From an uncultured delta proteobacterium (GTDB lineage: Bacteria; Myxococcota_A; Polyangia; Polyangiales; Houyiibacteriaceae): a stretch of 64,000 nucleotides of DNA. Location: the NCBI GenBank assembly GCA_963845195.1, contig CAWJRH010000001.1, positions 526,193 through 590,192 on the forward strand, in the 5' to 3' direction. The position numbers and the translations under genes are program-made. Of the stretch, positions 48,827 through 58,823 are shown one piece after another (position 1 is the stretch's first letter; every line of letters starts with the position of its first letter). The notes below the pieces were generated by a model. The model had not been told where the DNA came from. It worked only from the letters and a program-made list of their open reading frames with translations, and searched no databases.

Positions 48827-50265
48827 GGCGCCACCTCGACGCGGTTGCGCCCTTGGTCCTTGGCCCGATACAGAGCGGTGTCGGCCCGGCCGAGCAGATC
48901 CGCCCCGGACTCGCCCTGGTGAAGCGATGCGACCCCGATGCTGATGGTCAGCGCCCCTTCGGGCTGACCCACGCCTCCCGGGAACTCGGTCGACTCGACG
49001 ATCGCGCGCAGTTTCTCGGCGGCCCGGGCCGCAGGCTGCGCGCCGGTCTGCGGCAGCAGTACTACAAACTCTTCGCCTCCGACGCGTGCAACGGTGTCTA
49101 TGCGCCGCAGATTTCGCGTCATCAGCCCTGCGAGCTTGCGTAGCGACGCGTCGCCCGTTGGGTGACCGTGCCGATCGTTGAGCTGCTTGAAGTGGTCGAT
49201 GTCGATCGCCAGAGCGCTCACCGTTTGATTGAATCGCTCGGCTCGGTGCAGCTCGTCCTCGAGTCGAATGCGCAGCAGCCGGCGGTTGCCGAGACCCGTG
49301 AGGTCGTCCTGCTGGGAGCCGCGTCGCAGCTCGTCGAAGAGCTGCGTGTGCCGTATGGCGAGGCCGAGCTGATCGGCGATGGCGTCCAGAAGCGCGACGT
49401 CGAGTTCGGAGAAGGCGTTTGTCCCCGCGCGCGTCGCAACGAGAACTCCGGTCGTCGTGCCGCGGTGCACGATCGGCAATGCGATCATGGACCCCGAACG
49501 CTCGATCTGACTCCAGAGCGACCCATCGGGAAGGTTCGCGACGTTCTCGATCGAGATTGTCGTGCCGCTGCGCGCGACCTCGCCGAGAGGCGCCTCGTCG
49601 AACAGGATACTACGGTCCACCAGATCGGCCGGATCGTTGGTGCCATAAAGCGCGCGGAGGGTGATGCGCTCTGTCTCTGCGTCTGCCAGAAAGAGCATGC
49701 ACTCTCGAAGGTTCAGAGAGCCCACGAGATGCGCGGCGATCGTCGCGAGTACGGTATCGAGCGCTTCTTCCGATGCGCTCGCACGCACGATGTCGAACAA
49801 GAGCGCACGCTCACGGAGGCGCTGCTCGAGCTCCGCGGTCTTCTCGCCAAGCTCCTGTTTCAACACAAGCTCCTGCCGCGTGCTGTGAAGCTCTTGGCCC
49901 TGCTCGATCATGCGTACCTCGAGCGAGGTGAGGTTCGCCAGGAGCGCGTTCACAGCGTCCGCGACCTCGCCAATCTCGTCGTCGCCCATGTCCGGCAGCC
50001 GCTGCAGACTCTTCTCCTGCGCGTGGGCGTCGATGATGCGAACCATGCCCGCGATCCGCCGACTGACTGCATACCCGACGTAGAACCGCGTAAGAAGCCC
50101 CGCTGCCACAACCGAGCCAGCCGTAATCGCCGCGAAGACGCCGGCACTCACGTCCACCCCTGCGGCTCTCAGAGCAAACCAGCCTACCGCTGCAAGCGCG
50201 GTTGAGAGGAACGCTGCTTGAAGTCCGGCGCGTCTTGCGAGACCCCGGCGAGCGTTGGGCGGCAT
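48778..50265 (-). CDS. membrane HAMP-GAF-GGDEF diguanylate cyclase
   Basis: Two TM helices, a HAMP-like linker, a GAF-like segment, and a GGDEF domain with RVGGEEFVVLL. Confidence 0.88.
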   Translation of the reverse strand: MPPNARRGLARRAGLQAAFLSTALAAVGWFALRAAGVDVSAGVFAAITAGSVVAAGLLTRFYVGYAVSRRIAGMVRIIDAHAQEKSLQRLPDMGDDEIGEVADAVNALLANLTSLEVRMIEQGQELHSTRQELVLKQELGEKTAELEQRLRERALLFDIVRASASEEALDTVLATIAAHLVGSLNLRECMLFLADAETERITLRALYGTNDPADLVDRSILFDEAPLGEVARSGTTISIENVANLPDGSLWSQIERSGSMIALPIVHRGTTTGVLVATRAGTNAFSELDVALLDAIADQLGLAIRHTQLFDELRRGSQQDDLTGLGNRRLLRIRLEDELHRAERFNQTVSALAIDIDHFKQLNDRHGHPTGDASLRKLAGLMTRNLRRIDTVARVGGEEFVVLLPQTGAQPAARAAEKLRAIVESTEFPGGVGQPEGALTISIGVASLHQGESGADLLGRADTALYRAKDQGRNRVEVAPQPTATSARSLTRSRI

Positions 50266-50343
50266 CTGGCGACGCTACGCCTTCAACTTGCCTTGTTCAA
50301 GGCCCGCGAGACCAGCCGTCACCCCCACGCACGGGGGCTTCGG

Positions 50344-50417
50344 TGGCGATGGGTGGAGTCGAACCACCGACCTAGCGCGTATGAAACGCCCGCTCTAACC
50401 ACCTGAGCTACATCGCC
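50344..50417 (-). tRNA. tRNA-Met (anticodon CAT), elongator type; tRNA-Ile2 (lysidine) cannot be excluded
   Basis: A hand-folded cloverleaf supports the call:
- Acceptor stem GGCGATG/CATCGCC.
- D arm GCTC-AGGTGGTTA-GAGC.
- Anticodon loop TTCATAC.
- T arm GGTGG-TTCGACT-CCACC.
G1-C72 is paired and there is no GGG/CCC anticodon stem, so it is not an initiator. The 3' CCA is not encoded (CCG follows). Confidence 0.9.
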
Positions 50418-50450
50418 GAAGGGCCGCGAGTATAGGCGTGGGCGCCCCCG

Positions 50451-51569
50451 GTGCAAATCTGCGCGACGACCCTTGGCAGCGCAGCGCGGGTAGTCTATTC
50501 GACCCCGGTGTTTCCCAAGCCAACTTTCTCGCAGTTCGTCGCGCTCGCGGTCGCGATCCTCGTCGCGCGACCCGCGGCCGGACAAGACTGGGGCGCCCCG
50601 ATTGAGCCCCGTGCTCCGGAGCCGGTCGTCGAGCCAGCGCCAACGAATCCCGACTGGTCCGATGCGCCGCCGACCCAGTTCGAGAGCAGGTCGCCGACCA
50701 ACCCCGACTGGGTACTGGAAGACGAGCCGCCCCAGATTGGCAGCCGCCGTCTCAACGCTGCCGGTGCGTACGATATTCGCTATGCGAACCGCAGCCTGAC
50801 AATGCCGCTTGGCATGATGCGCGGCACCTTCGACGTCGTCGGCGGACGGCTCGATTCGGAGACCACATCGACGATGAACCTCGGGGCGGCCGTCGCCGTT
50901 GGCCGCAGCATCGAGATTGGCTTCTCTCGCTACAGGATGGGCAGCTTTCCCTCGATGAGCCTGCTTCCGAACGAAGGGTTTGGCGCCGAGGGGTTGGTGT
51001 CTATGCTGTTCACGCCCGAGGTCGCGTTCGGAGACATTCCGTTCTACGTGAGGTTTCAACCACTCAAAGGGCGCCGGGCACAGCTCGCGTTCGATGCGGT
51101 CTTTCGGATTCCAACCCGCACCGAGTTTGGGTTCCTGTTCGGCGCTCCGATGCGATTCGTCGCCGCGGAACGGGTTGCGTTCGACACGGGGGTCGAGGTG
51201 GCCATCGACAACAACCCCCAAGGTCAGTCGGTCTGGTCGATGGCCCTTCCCTTTGGCGTCACTGCAAACGTGACCAAGCAGTTCTTTCTCAAAGTGCACT
51301 CGGGGATGAATTTCTTCGACCTGAGCCACGTAGTCCGCACCGAAACCTCCGGTCTCGTCAACGGGCCGTTTTACTTCATTCCGCTTGCGTTCGGCGGCGG
51401 CTACACATTCAGGGCCAAGAGCACGATGATCGACGCCTTCGTGCTGTTTCGCTTCCCGACGCTCTATGGGTTCACGACAGAGGACTCGGACGTCAACTCA
51501 GAGAACTGGGCGATCACGGTCGGGCTCAACGTCTATTCGCCCCTGCTCTTTGGACGGACCCAACGCTGA
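50451..51569 (+). CDS. putative secreted/outer-membrane beta-barrel protein
   Basis: Signal-like [16 protein letters not shown]|QD. Pro-rich segment with duplicated PTNPDW. Long region of alternating beta-strand-like sequence. The start is uncertain (GTG 50508 is an alternative). Confidence 0.5.
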   Translation: MQICATTLGSAARVVYSTPVFPKPTFSQFVALAVAILVARPAAGQDWGAPIEPRAPEPVVEPAPTNPDWSDAPPTQFESRSPTNPDWVLEDEPPQIGSRRLNAAGAYDIRYANRSLTMPLGMMRGTFDVVGGRLDSETTSTMNLGAAVAVGRSIEIGFSRYRMGSFPSMSLLPNEGFGAEGLVSMLFTPEVAFGDIPFYVRFQPLKGRRAQLAFDAVFRIPTRTEFGFLFGAPMRFVAAERVAFDTGVEVAIDNNPQGQSVWSMALPFGVTANVTKQFFLKVHSGMNFFDLSHVVRTETSGLVNGPFYFIPLAFGGGYTFRAKSTMIDAFVLFRFPTLYGFTTEDSDVNSENWAITVGLNVYSPLLFGRTQR

Positions 51570-52099
51570 TGATTTACGAACTCGGCGACAGAAAGGTTCG
51601 GACCGAAGGGACGATTTTCGTGGCCGATTCGGCCGACGTCATCGGTTCGGTCGTGTTGAAGAACCAGTCTAGTGTTTGGTTCAACGCGGTGATTCGCGGC
51701 GATTCGGACCAGATTGTCATCGGGGAGCAGAGCAACGTGCAGGACGGAGCGGTGCTGCATACCGATCCGGGGATCCCTCTCACGGTCGGGCGCGGGGTGA
51801 CCATCGGGCACCAGGCGATGGTGCACGGCTGCCAGATCGGCGACTACAGCCTGATCGGCATTCACGCGGTCATTCTCAATCACGCGAAGATCGGGCGGTA
51901 CTGTACGATCGGCGCCAATGCCCTGATCACCCAGGGGCAGGAGATTCCAGACTACTCTCTCGTCGTCGGCTCCCCGGGCCGGGTGATTCGACAGCTCGAC
52001 CCGACGCAGGCGACCGAGCTCGAGCGAAGCGCCGAGGGATACGTTGCTCGGGCGCAGAGCTACCTGCGCACGCTCCATCCCGACATTCGCTTCTCCTAG
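51569..52099 (+). CDS. gamma-class carbonic anhydrase-like hexapeptide-repeat protein (YrdA/PaaY family)
   Basis: TGATG overlap with the upstream gene. Left-handed beta-helix repeats [24 protein letters not shown] and [12 protein letters not shown]. Confidence 0.88.
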   Translation: MIYELGDRKVRTEGTIFVADSADVIGSVVLKNQSSVWFNAVIRGDSDQIVIGEQSNVQDGAVLHTDPGIPLTVGRGVTIGHQAMVHGCQIGDYSLIGIHAVILNHAKIGRYCTIGANALITQGQEIPDYSLVVGSPGRVIRQLDPTQATELERSAEGYVARAQSYLRTLHPDIRFS

Positions 52100-52117
52100 C
52101 CTGCGACGCGACCCGTC

Positions 52118-52999
52118 TCAGCGCCGCGGCTTGGCGTGTGGAATCCTTTCGAGAAGGGCCATGTCCCCAAGGTCCGCACAGAGAGATTCGAGTGCGTTCC
52201 AGTCGGGGCCGGTCCACTGCATCTGTTCGAGCGTTTCGGGGATCGGGGCATCGACTCGGAGGGTTGCGAGTTCGCGATAAAGCCTGGCCTCGTCCCGCAT
52301 CTGTTCGAGTTCTCGCGAAAGCGTCTTGGCGCCGCGTACCGTGAGTTCCCACTCGCCCGGGTCGACGGGGATTGCTTCGAGATGCACGAACTTGTCGAGC
52401 ACCAAGGCCGCGCTCTTCTTGCCCCACCGAGGGACGCCCGGGATCCCATCGGCCGAATCGCCGACCAGTGCCAGGTAGTCAGGGATAGACTCCGGGCGCA
52501 CGCCGAACTTTTCGTGCACTCCGTTCTCGTCGAGCACGATCTCGCGTCGACGGTCCCAGGTCACGATCCGGCTTCCGCGCACGCACTGGCAGAGGTCCTT
52601 GTCGGGCGACGCGATGACCACCTGGCGGACCTCGGGCGCGTTTGCGAATCGGGAGGCAGCCGAGGCCAGCGCATCGTCGGCCTCGAACTCCACCATCGGC
52701 CAGGTCGCCAGCCCCAGAGCTCGGCTTGCCTGCTCGACCCGCGGGAACTGCGCGAAGAGGTCGGGCTCGAGCCCTTCGCCGGTCTTGTACCCGTCGAACA
52801 TTGCGTTGCGGAACGACTCCACGGTGTGATCGAAGGCGCAGCCGACGTGGGTTACCTCGGGGTCTCGGAGCATGGCGACCATCGATCGGAGAAAGCCCCG
52901 CGTCGCGCCGACTTCGTCGCCCTCAGACGAGCTTGCGGGCGGGGCGCCGAACCAGGCCCGGAACAGTTCGTAGGTGCCGTCGATCAGGTGAACATTCAC
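52118..52999 (-). CDS. 5'-3' exonuclease / flap endonuclease family protein
   Basis: N-terminus MNVHLIDGTYELFRAWF. Acidic clusters (EADD, SPDKD, GDSADGIPGVPRWG) are typical of the PIN-like 5' nuclease plus H3TH domain. Confidence 0.8.
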   Translation of the reverse strand: MNVHLIDGTYELFRAWFGAPPASSSEGDEVGATRGFLRSMVAMLRDPEVTHVGCAFDHTVESFRNAMFDGYKTGEGLEPDLFAQFPRVEQASRALGLATWPMVEFEADDALASAASRFANAPEVRQVVIASPDKDLCQCVRGSRIVTWDRRREIVLDENGVHEKFGVRPESIPDYLALVGDSADGIPGVPRWGKKSAALVLDKFVHLEAIPVDPGEWELTVRGAKTLSRELEQMRDEARLYRELATLRVDAPIPETLEQMQWTGPDWNALESLCADLGDMALLERIPHAKPRR

Positions 53000-53172
53000 C
53001 GGCCGTTCTTACCGCAGATCGTGCGCGGGCATCGGGTACCTACGAGAACAATTTACATTCCGACTACTTGCGAAACGATCTTGCGGCGTTCGCCGAGGGG
53101 TGTGCCCCAAGATCGCGGATACACGATCGTTCCGGCGTTGGCACCCAACTGATACCACTCGTTGCGGTTTTC

Positions 53173-53239
53173 TTGGAGGCACCCCCAATATCTCGTATGC
53201 TGTAGGTTGTGACCATACACCCAATGTCACCTAGTGTGT
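53173..53239 (+). promoter_or_regulatory. candidate nrdJ promoter with two weak NrdR-box-like sites
   Basis: TTGGAG (53173-78), 17 nt spacer, TATGCT (53196-201). CCCCAATATCTCGTAT (53183-98) matches the acaCwAtATaTwGtgt consensus at 11/16. ATGTCACCTAGTGTGT (53224-39) matches at 9/16. All matches were scored by hand. Confidence 0.25.
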
Positions 53240-53408
53240 TTCTTCCCTGACACGCCCTGTCGAAGTGTCTGAAACCCCGGGTGAACCGGTCGACCAGCCT
53301 TTGTACAATCATGAAATCATGGAAGAAATGAAGAAAGCGGATCGTGGCCTGGTTTTCTGCTTGACGGGATCGGTCTCCCGGCGCTACTCCGCAGGTTCGG
53401 CCCCTAGC

Positions 53409-53441
53409 GGTTGTGGTGGCAAGGAGGCTGCCATCACAACC
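53409..53441 (+). other. RNA hairpin in the nrdJ leader (13-bp stem, 7-nt loop AGGAGGC)
   Basis: GGTTGTGGTGGCA / TGCCATCACAACC pair with a single G-U. The loop carries an SD-like AGGAGG. No U-tract follows, so it is not a classical terminator. Confidence 0.5.
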
Positions 53442-53535
53442 CCTTGTGGGATCAATGTGAATTACGTGTGGGCTGCCTGGGGATGAAGGGCGAGCCGCAC
53501 TCGGACGGTGACTTGCGTCTGGTGGGAGGTATTCT

Positions 53536-56500
53536 GTGACATTAGAAATTGCTGGAATGACAGATAGTGGTGTCGAGGTCGAAGGAGCCCGACGGGCCGA
53601 GGTCTCGCAGAACGCGGGAGGCCTGTCGGTCGAACGGAAGCTCACCAAAGCGGGCGAAGACCCGCTCGAAGCGGTCGACTACGTGCTGCGAGACAGCCAG
53701 ATCACGAACTCGGACGGTTCGGTGGTGTTCGAGCTCAAGGGCGCCGAAGTCCCGGGCGACTGGAGCCAGCTCGCGACCGACATTGCCGTTTCGAAGTATT
53801 TCCGGAAGGCCGGCATCCGGGGCGACAAGAACCGGGGCGAGCGCAGCGTGCGCGAGCTGGTCTACCGCGTGGCGCACTCGATTCGAGAAGCCGGTGAGGG
53901 CTTTGGCGGCTACTTCGCGGACACCGAAGCCGCCGACAACTTCGAGGCTGAGCTTTCCCACCTGCTCATCCATCAGAAAGCGGCATTCAACTCTCCCGTG
54001 TGGTTCAACTGCGGCCTCTACCAGCGGTACGGAATCGAAGGGTCCGGCGGCAACTACGCCTGGGAGCCCGAGCAGGACGTCATCGCCCAGACCGCCAACG
54101 CCTACGAGCATCCGCAGTGTTCCGCCTGTTTCATCCAGAAGGTCAACGACGACCTCATGGCGATTTACGAACTCGTGAAGAACGAGGCTCGCCTCTTCAA
54201 GTATGGTTCGGGGACCGGCACCAACTTCTCGAAGGTACGCGGAAAGCAGGAAAAGCTTTCTGGCGGCGGCACCTCGAGCGGTCTGATGAGCTTCCTCGAA
54301 GTGCTCGACCGGGCGGCGGGCGCCACCAAGTCCGGCGGTACCACCCGCCGCGCGGCAAAGATGGTCTGCCTCGACATGGACCATCCCGAGATCGCGGACT
54401 TCATCGAGTGGAAGGCGCGAGAAGAGAAGAAGGCGCGCGCGCTGATCGAAGCGGGCTACGACGCCGACTTCAACGGCGAGGCCTATCACACGATTTCCGG
54501 TCAGAACTCCAACAACTCCGTGCGCGTCACCGACGAGTTCATGAAGGCCGTCGAGACGGACGGAGAGTGGAAGACCTATTTCCGCACGACCGGCGAGGTG
54601 TGCGAGACCTACAAGGCGCGTGACCTCTGGACTCGGCTCGCCGAGGCGGCATGGGGCTGCGCCGATCCGGGCGTTCAGTACGACACCACGATCAACGACT
54701 GGCACACCTGTCCGAACACCGATCGCATCAACGCATCGAACCCGTGCTCCGAGTACATGTTCCTCGACAACTCGGCCTGTAACCTCTCGTCGATCAATCT
54801 CACCAAGTTCCTCGGCGACGACGGCACCTTCGACATCGATGGCTACCGCCAGGCGATCCGCGTCTTGATCATCGCCATGGACATTCTGGTCGACTACGCG
54901 AGCTATCCAACGCAGGCGATCGCGAAGAACAGCCACAATTACAGGCCTTTGGGGCTTGGCTACGCCAACCTCGGCACCGTTCTGATGCAGCTCGGCATCT
55001 CGTACGACAGTGACGAGGGTCGCTCGATGTGTGCGGCGCTCACCTCGATTCTCTGTGGGCATGCCTACGCGACATCCGCCGAGATCGCGGCCGCCAAAGG
55101 ACCCTTCAATGGATTCCAGCGCAACCGGCTTCCGATGCTCCGCGTGATGGGCAAGCATCGCGACGCCGCCTACGACATCAACGAGCCCGGGGGTCCCGGA
55201 CTCACGGGGGATGCACCCGTGGACTGTCCGCCCGACCTCATCGAGGCGGCCCGCGAAGACTGGGACCTCGCCTGCAAGCTCGGTGAACTCTACGGTTACC
55301 GTAACTCGCAGTCGACAGTGCTTGCTCCCACCGGGACGATCGGTCTGCTGATGGACTGCGACACTACGGGCATCGAGCCCGACTTCGCACTGGTGAAGTT
55401 CAAGAAACTCGCCGGCGGCGGATACTTCAAGATCGTCAACCAGAGCGTGCCAGGGGCACTCGAGCGTCTCGGGTACACCGATGCTCAGGTCACCGACATC
55501 GTCTCGTACGTGACTGGCACGAACACCTTCACGGGCGCGCCCCACTTCGGGCGAAAAGCGCTGCTCGACAAGGGCCTCACCGATCGTGAACTCGAGAAAG
55601 CCGAGAGCTCGCTCCGCGGTGTGTTCGACATCGGTTCGGCGCTTGCCCCGTGGGTCATCGGCACCGAGGCCTACGATCGTCTGGGCATTCCTTCGGACGT
55701 TTACACCAAGCCCGGTTTTCACCTGCTTCGGCATTGGGGCGTGAGCGGCAAACACATCGCCGAGATCAACGACGTCGTCGTGGGTCGGATGACGGTCGAG
55801 GGCGCACCGCACCTTCGCGCAGAGCATCTCCCGGTCTTCGACTGTGCCAACCGCTGCGGCAAGATCGGCGAGCGATACCTGCAGCCGATGGCTCACGTTC
55901 ACATGATGGCCGCGGCTCAGCCCTTCCTTTCGGGCGCGATCTCCAAGACTGTCAATCTCCCGGCCGAGTCGACCGTCGAAGACGTGAAGCAGATCTACAA
56001 GGAAGGCTGGAAGCTCGGACTCAAAGCCGTTGCGCTCTACCGAGACGGGTCGAAGTCGTCGCAACCCCTGAATACGGCGGACAACTCCAACGAATCGGCC
56101 GACGACCAAGAGCCCGCGAAGGAAACGGCACAGGCCGCCGTCAAAGCGGTCGCAACCCCGATTCGCGAAGGACTCACCCCACCGCCAACACGACGACATC
56201 GGCTTCCGAAGAAGCGTCGCGGCTTCACCCAAGAAGCACGCATCGGCGGACACAAGGTCTTCCTGCGGACCGGTGAGTACGAGGACGGCTCGCTCGGCGA
56301 GATTTTCGTCGACATGCACAAGGAGGGCGCAGCGTTCCGCTCTCTGATGAACTGCTTTGCCATCAGCGTGTCGATGGGTCTCCAGCACGGCGTGCCGCTC
56401 GATGCCTACGTGAAGCAGTTCACGTTCACGCGGTTCGAGCCACAGGGTGTGGTCGAGGGTCATCCCAACATCAAGTTCTCGACCTCGATCATCGACTACG

Positions 56501-56847
56501 TGTTCCGCGTGCTCGGCGTCGAGTACCTCCAGCAGTACGACTTCGCGCAGGTGCCGCCGAAGGAAGAGCAAGAGGAGCTGCAGAATCCGACCGACGTCGC
56601 GGCCGTGCATAGGCTCGAAGGAGGGTCGGCGACCGCCACCGAAACGCCCGACCCCGCGATCACGCGTGCGGAGCAGGTCACGTTCGGATTCGATGATTCG
56701 GCAGAAGCGCAGCCCAATGCGCTCGATCAGCAGCTCGGCGAAATGATGGGTGACGCGCCGATGTGCGACAAGTGCGGTCACATCACCGTCCGCAACGGCG
56801 CTTGCTACAAGTGTCTCAACTGCGGCAACTCGATGGGTTGCTCCTAG
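53536..56847 (+). CDS. nrdJ: vitamin B12-dependent ribonucleotide reductase (class II)
   Basis: GTG 53536 has GGGAGG 6 nt upstream. Motifs PVWFNCG, QCSACFI, NPCSEYMFLDNSACNLSSINL and TGIEPDF. C-terminal Zn-ribbon-like CDKCGH...CYKCLNCG tail. Confidence 0.95.
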   Translation: MTLEIAGMTDSGVEVEGARRAEVSQNAGGLSVERKLTKAGEDPLEAVDYVLRDSQITNSDGSVVFELKGAEVPGDWSQLATDIAVSKYFRKAGIRGDKNRGERSVRELVYRVAHSIREAGEGFGGYFADTEAADNFEAELSHLLIHQKAAFNSPVWFNCGLYQRYGIEGSGGNYAWEPEQDVIAQTANAYEHPQCSACFIQKVNDDLMAIYELVKNEARLFKYGSGTGTNFSKVRGKQEKLSGGGTSSGLMSFLEVLDRAAGATKSGGTTRRAAKMVCLDMDHPEIADFIEWKAREEKKARALIEAGYDADFNGEAYHTISGQNSNNSVRVTDEFMKAVETDGEWKTYFRTTGEVCETYKARDLWTRLAEAAWGCADPGVQYDTTINDWHTCPNTDRINASNPCSEYMFLDNSACNLSSINLTKFLGDDGTFDIDGYRQAIRVLIIAMDILVDYASYPTQAIAKNSHNYRPLGLGYANLGTVLMQLGISYDSDEGRSMCAALTSILCGHAYATSAEIAAAKGPFNGFQRNRLPMLRVMGKHRDAAYDINEPGGPGLTGDAPVDCPPDLIEAAREDWDLACKLGELYGYRNSQSTVLAPTGTIGLLMDCDTTGIEPDFALVKFKKLAGGGYFKIVNQSVPGALERLGYTDAQVTDIVSYVTGTNTFTGAPHFGRKALLDKGLTDRELEKAESSLRGVFDIGSALAPWVIGTEAYDRLGIPSDVYTKPGFHLLRHWGVSGKHIAEINDVVVGRMTVEGAPHLRAEHLPVFDCANRCGKIGERYLQPMAHVHMMAAAQPFLSGAISKTVNLPAESTVEDVKQIYKEGWKLGLKAVALYRDGSKSSQPLNTADNSNESADDQEPAKETAQAAVKAVATPIREGLTPPPTRRHRLPKKRRGFTQEARIGGHKVFLRTGEYEDGSLGEIFVDMHKEGAAFRSLMNCFAISVSMGLQHGVPLDAYVKQFTFTRFEPQGVVEGHPNIKFSTSIIDYVFRVLGVEYLQQYDFAQVPPKEEQEELQNPTDVAAVHRLEGGSATATETPDPAITRAEQVTFGFDDSAEAQPNALDQQLGEMMGDAPMCDKCGHITVRNGACYKCLNCGNSMGCS

Positions 56848-56927
56848 CGGCTCCGAACGAAAGCGGTCGTACCTTGGGGTTCGATCTCACTGACGCTCGC
56901 GACGGCGTCTGATAGGATCAGTCCGTC

Positions 56928-58739
56928 ATGCCGAGCCTCAAGTGGATCGTTCCCGAAGGACGACCCCGAATGTTCGGGATCTACAAACGCGTAACGTCGA
57001 TTGGCCGTGCGGGAGCCAACGACGTCGCCATCGACTCCGGTTCGCTTCGGGACCACCACGCGCAAATCGTCTTTGACGGGCGCGATTTCTCCGTGAACGC
57101 GGTCGATCCCTCGAGCGTGCTGCGGGTCAACGGCAAGAAGAAGCGCAAGTCGAAGATCTTCCACCACGACAAGCTGGGTCTCGGTGATGTCGAGCTTGTG
57201 TTCTCACTCTACGACGAGGGCGCTCCGCGCGAACAAGGCCCCGACCAGGCGCCGACGTCTGAGCTCGCAGGCATGATGAAGCTGAGCGACTTCAACCGAC
57301 GGCTCCTCGAGATCCGATCGGTGCCAGAGCAGATCGAAGCGCTGCTCGATGCGGTCATCGATGGGGTGCATGCGAGCAAAGGCTTCATCATCCTCGTGCA
57401 AGACGGCGAGCCAAGCGTTGCGGCGGCCCGAAACGTCGACCGCGAAACGATTCCCGACGCGGTGACTCAGCTCTCCGACAGCATTCTTCGCCGGTGCATC
57501 GAGACGAAGAAGCCGCTCATCGTGAGCGACGCGGTCAACGACACCATGTTTCATTCGAGCGCGAGCGTGCTCAACCTTCAGCTGAGTTCGGTCATGGTCG
57601 CGCCGCTGATCGCGCAGGGTCAGCTTCTGGGGCTCATCTACGTCGGCAACGACAACGTCGTGAACCTGTTCGAGCAGTCGAGCCTCGACGTATTGACCGT
57701 GTTCGCCGGACAGGCGTCGCTTATCCTGCAGAACGCGATTCTGCTGGACCAGCTCACCGTCGATCGCGACAAGATGGCCGAACAGCTCGATGCGCAGCGC
57801 TTCGGTGACATCATCGGAAGCTGCCCGAGTCTGCTCGAAGTGTTTCGGCGCGTCGACAAGGTCGCTGCTGCAGATATCAGCGTGCTCATCACCGGGGAGA
57901 CCGGCACCGGCAAGGAGCTGATTGCGCGCGAGCTTCACCGTCGGTCGAATCGCGCGAGCGCGCCGTTCGTCGTCGTGAACTGCGGTGCCATTCCAGAAAA
58001 TCTCATGGAAGCGGAGCTCTTCGGGCACGTTCGCGGCGCGTTCACCGGCGCGGTCGCCACCCGCGAGGGAAGCTTCCAGGCGGCAGACGGGGGCACCTTG
58101 TTCCTCGATGAGATCGGCGAGATGCCGCTCCAGCTGCAGGTCAAGCTCCTCCGCGCACTGCAGGAGCGCGAGGTGGTCAAGCTCGGCGAGCACCGCCCGC
58201 AGTCGGTCGACATTCGGGTGGTTGCGGCCACCCACCGCGATCTCGAGGCCTGCATCCAAGACGGCACGTTTCGCGAGGACCTCTACTACCGGCTGAACGT
58301 GATCAATCTCCACCTCCCTCCGCTGCGCGAGCGGGGCGACGACATCGTCGTCCTCGCGAAGTTCATGCTAAAGAAATACGCTGCCGAGTTCGGCGGAACG
58401 GTCAAAGGGTTCACGCCCAAGGCTCTCGACGGGATGCGCAACTACGCCTGGCCGGGCAACATCCGTGAGCTCGAGAACCGAATGAAGAAGGCAATCGTGC
58501 TTGCGGACACGCCTCTGCTCGACGCCCAGGATCTCGACTTCGACGGGGCCGGTGGCCCCGAGGTCGTGCCACTCGCGCAGGCGCGCGAGGACTACACCCG
58601 CCAATACATCCTCGAAGTGCTCGAGCGTCATGGCGGCAATCGGACCCGCGCAGCCAAGGCCCTCGGGGTCGATCCTCGGACGGTTTTCCGCTACCTAGAA
58701 CGAGACCCTGACGCGCCGGACCCCGGCGGAGCCGCCTGA
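56928..58739 (+). CDS. FHA-GAF-sigma54 enhancer-binding protein
   Basis: FHA domain (VTSIGRAGANDVAI...HHAQIVF). A GAF-like middle region. AAA+ motifs GETGTGKE and GAFTGA. C-terminal HTH NRTRAAKALGVDPRTVFRYL. Confidence 0.9.
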   Translation: MPSLKWIVPEGRPRMFGIYKRVTSIGRAGANDVAIDSGSLRDHHAQIVFDGRDFSVNAVDPSSVLRVNGKKKRKSKIFHHDKLGLGDVELVFSLYDEGAPREQGPDQAPTSELAGMMKLSDFNRRLLEIRSVPEQIEALLDAVIDGVHASKGFIILVQDGEPSVAAARNVDRETIPDAVTQLSDSILRRCIETKKPLIVSDAVNDTMFHSSASVLNLQLSSVMVAPLIAQGQLLGLIYVGNDNVVNLFEQSSLDVLTVFAGQASLILQNAILLDQLTVDRDKMAEQLDAQRFGDIIGSCPSLLEVFRRVDKVAAADISVLITGETGTGKELIARELHRRSNRASAPFVVVNCGAIPENLMEAELFGHVRGAFTGAVATREGSFQAADGGTLFLDEIGEMPLQLQVKLLRALQEREVVKLGEHRPQSVDIRVVAATHRDLEACIQDGTFREDLYYRLNVINLHLPPLRERGDDIVVLAKFMLKKYAAEFGGTVKGFTPKALDGMRNYAWPGNIRELENRMKKAIVLADTPLLDAQDLDFDGAGGPEVVPLAQAREDYTRQYILEVLERHGGNRTRAAKALGVDPRTVFRYLERDPDAPDPGGAA

Positions 58740-58760
58740 GGATGACATTCTTGTCATAGG

Positions 58761-58776
58761 TGGCTCTGGGTTTTCT
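58761..58776 (+). promoter_or_regulatory. candidate sigma54 (-24/-12) promoter upstream of the 58824 lipoprotein gene
   Basis: TGGCTC-TGGGT-TTTCT against the consensus TGGCAC-N5-TTGCW. GG and spacing are correct, but the -12 GC is TC. It lies ~50 nt upstream of the ATG and directly downstream of an EBP gene. A 6-bp inverted repeat ATGACA-TTCT-TGTCAT (58742-58757) abuts it. Confidence 0.3.
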
Positions 58777-58823
58777 TGGAACCGTCCGAAAAACCCCTTT
58801 AGTTCCGGCGTCGGAGCCTCGGC

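Noticed and set aside
53360-53400. Cobalamin riboswitch upstream of the B12-dependent RNR
   Set aside because: The only B12-box-like match (GCCGGGAGACCGATC, 12/16) is on the minus strand. The other conserved cobalamin-riboswitch elements are absent or in the wrong order. A covariance-model scan would be decisive.
53265-53486. 73-aa ORF in the nrdJ leader
   Set aside because: By hand count its third-position G+C is ~60%, far below neighbouring genes. It has no SD, and the 13-bp hairpin lies inside it. I treated it as non-coding.
53542-56781. 1079-aa ORF on the minus strand
   Set aside because: It is exactly antisense to nrdJ, whose product has unmistakable class II RNR motifs. The antisense translation is Arg/Gly/Val-rich low-complexity sequence, typical of shadow ORFs in GC-rich DNA.
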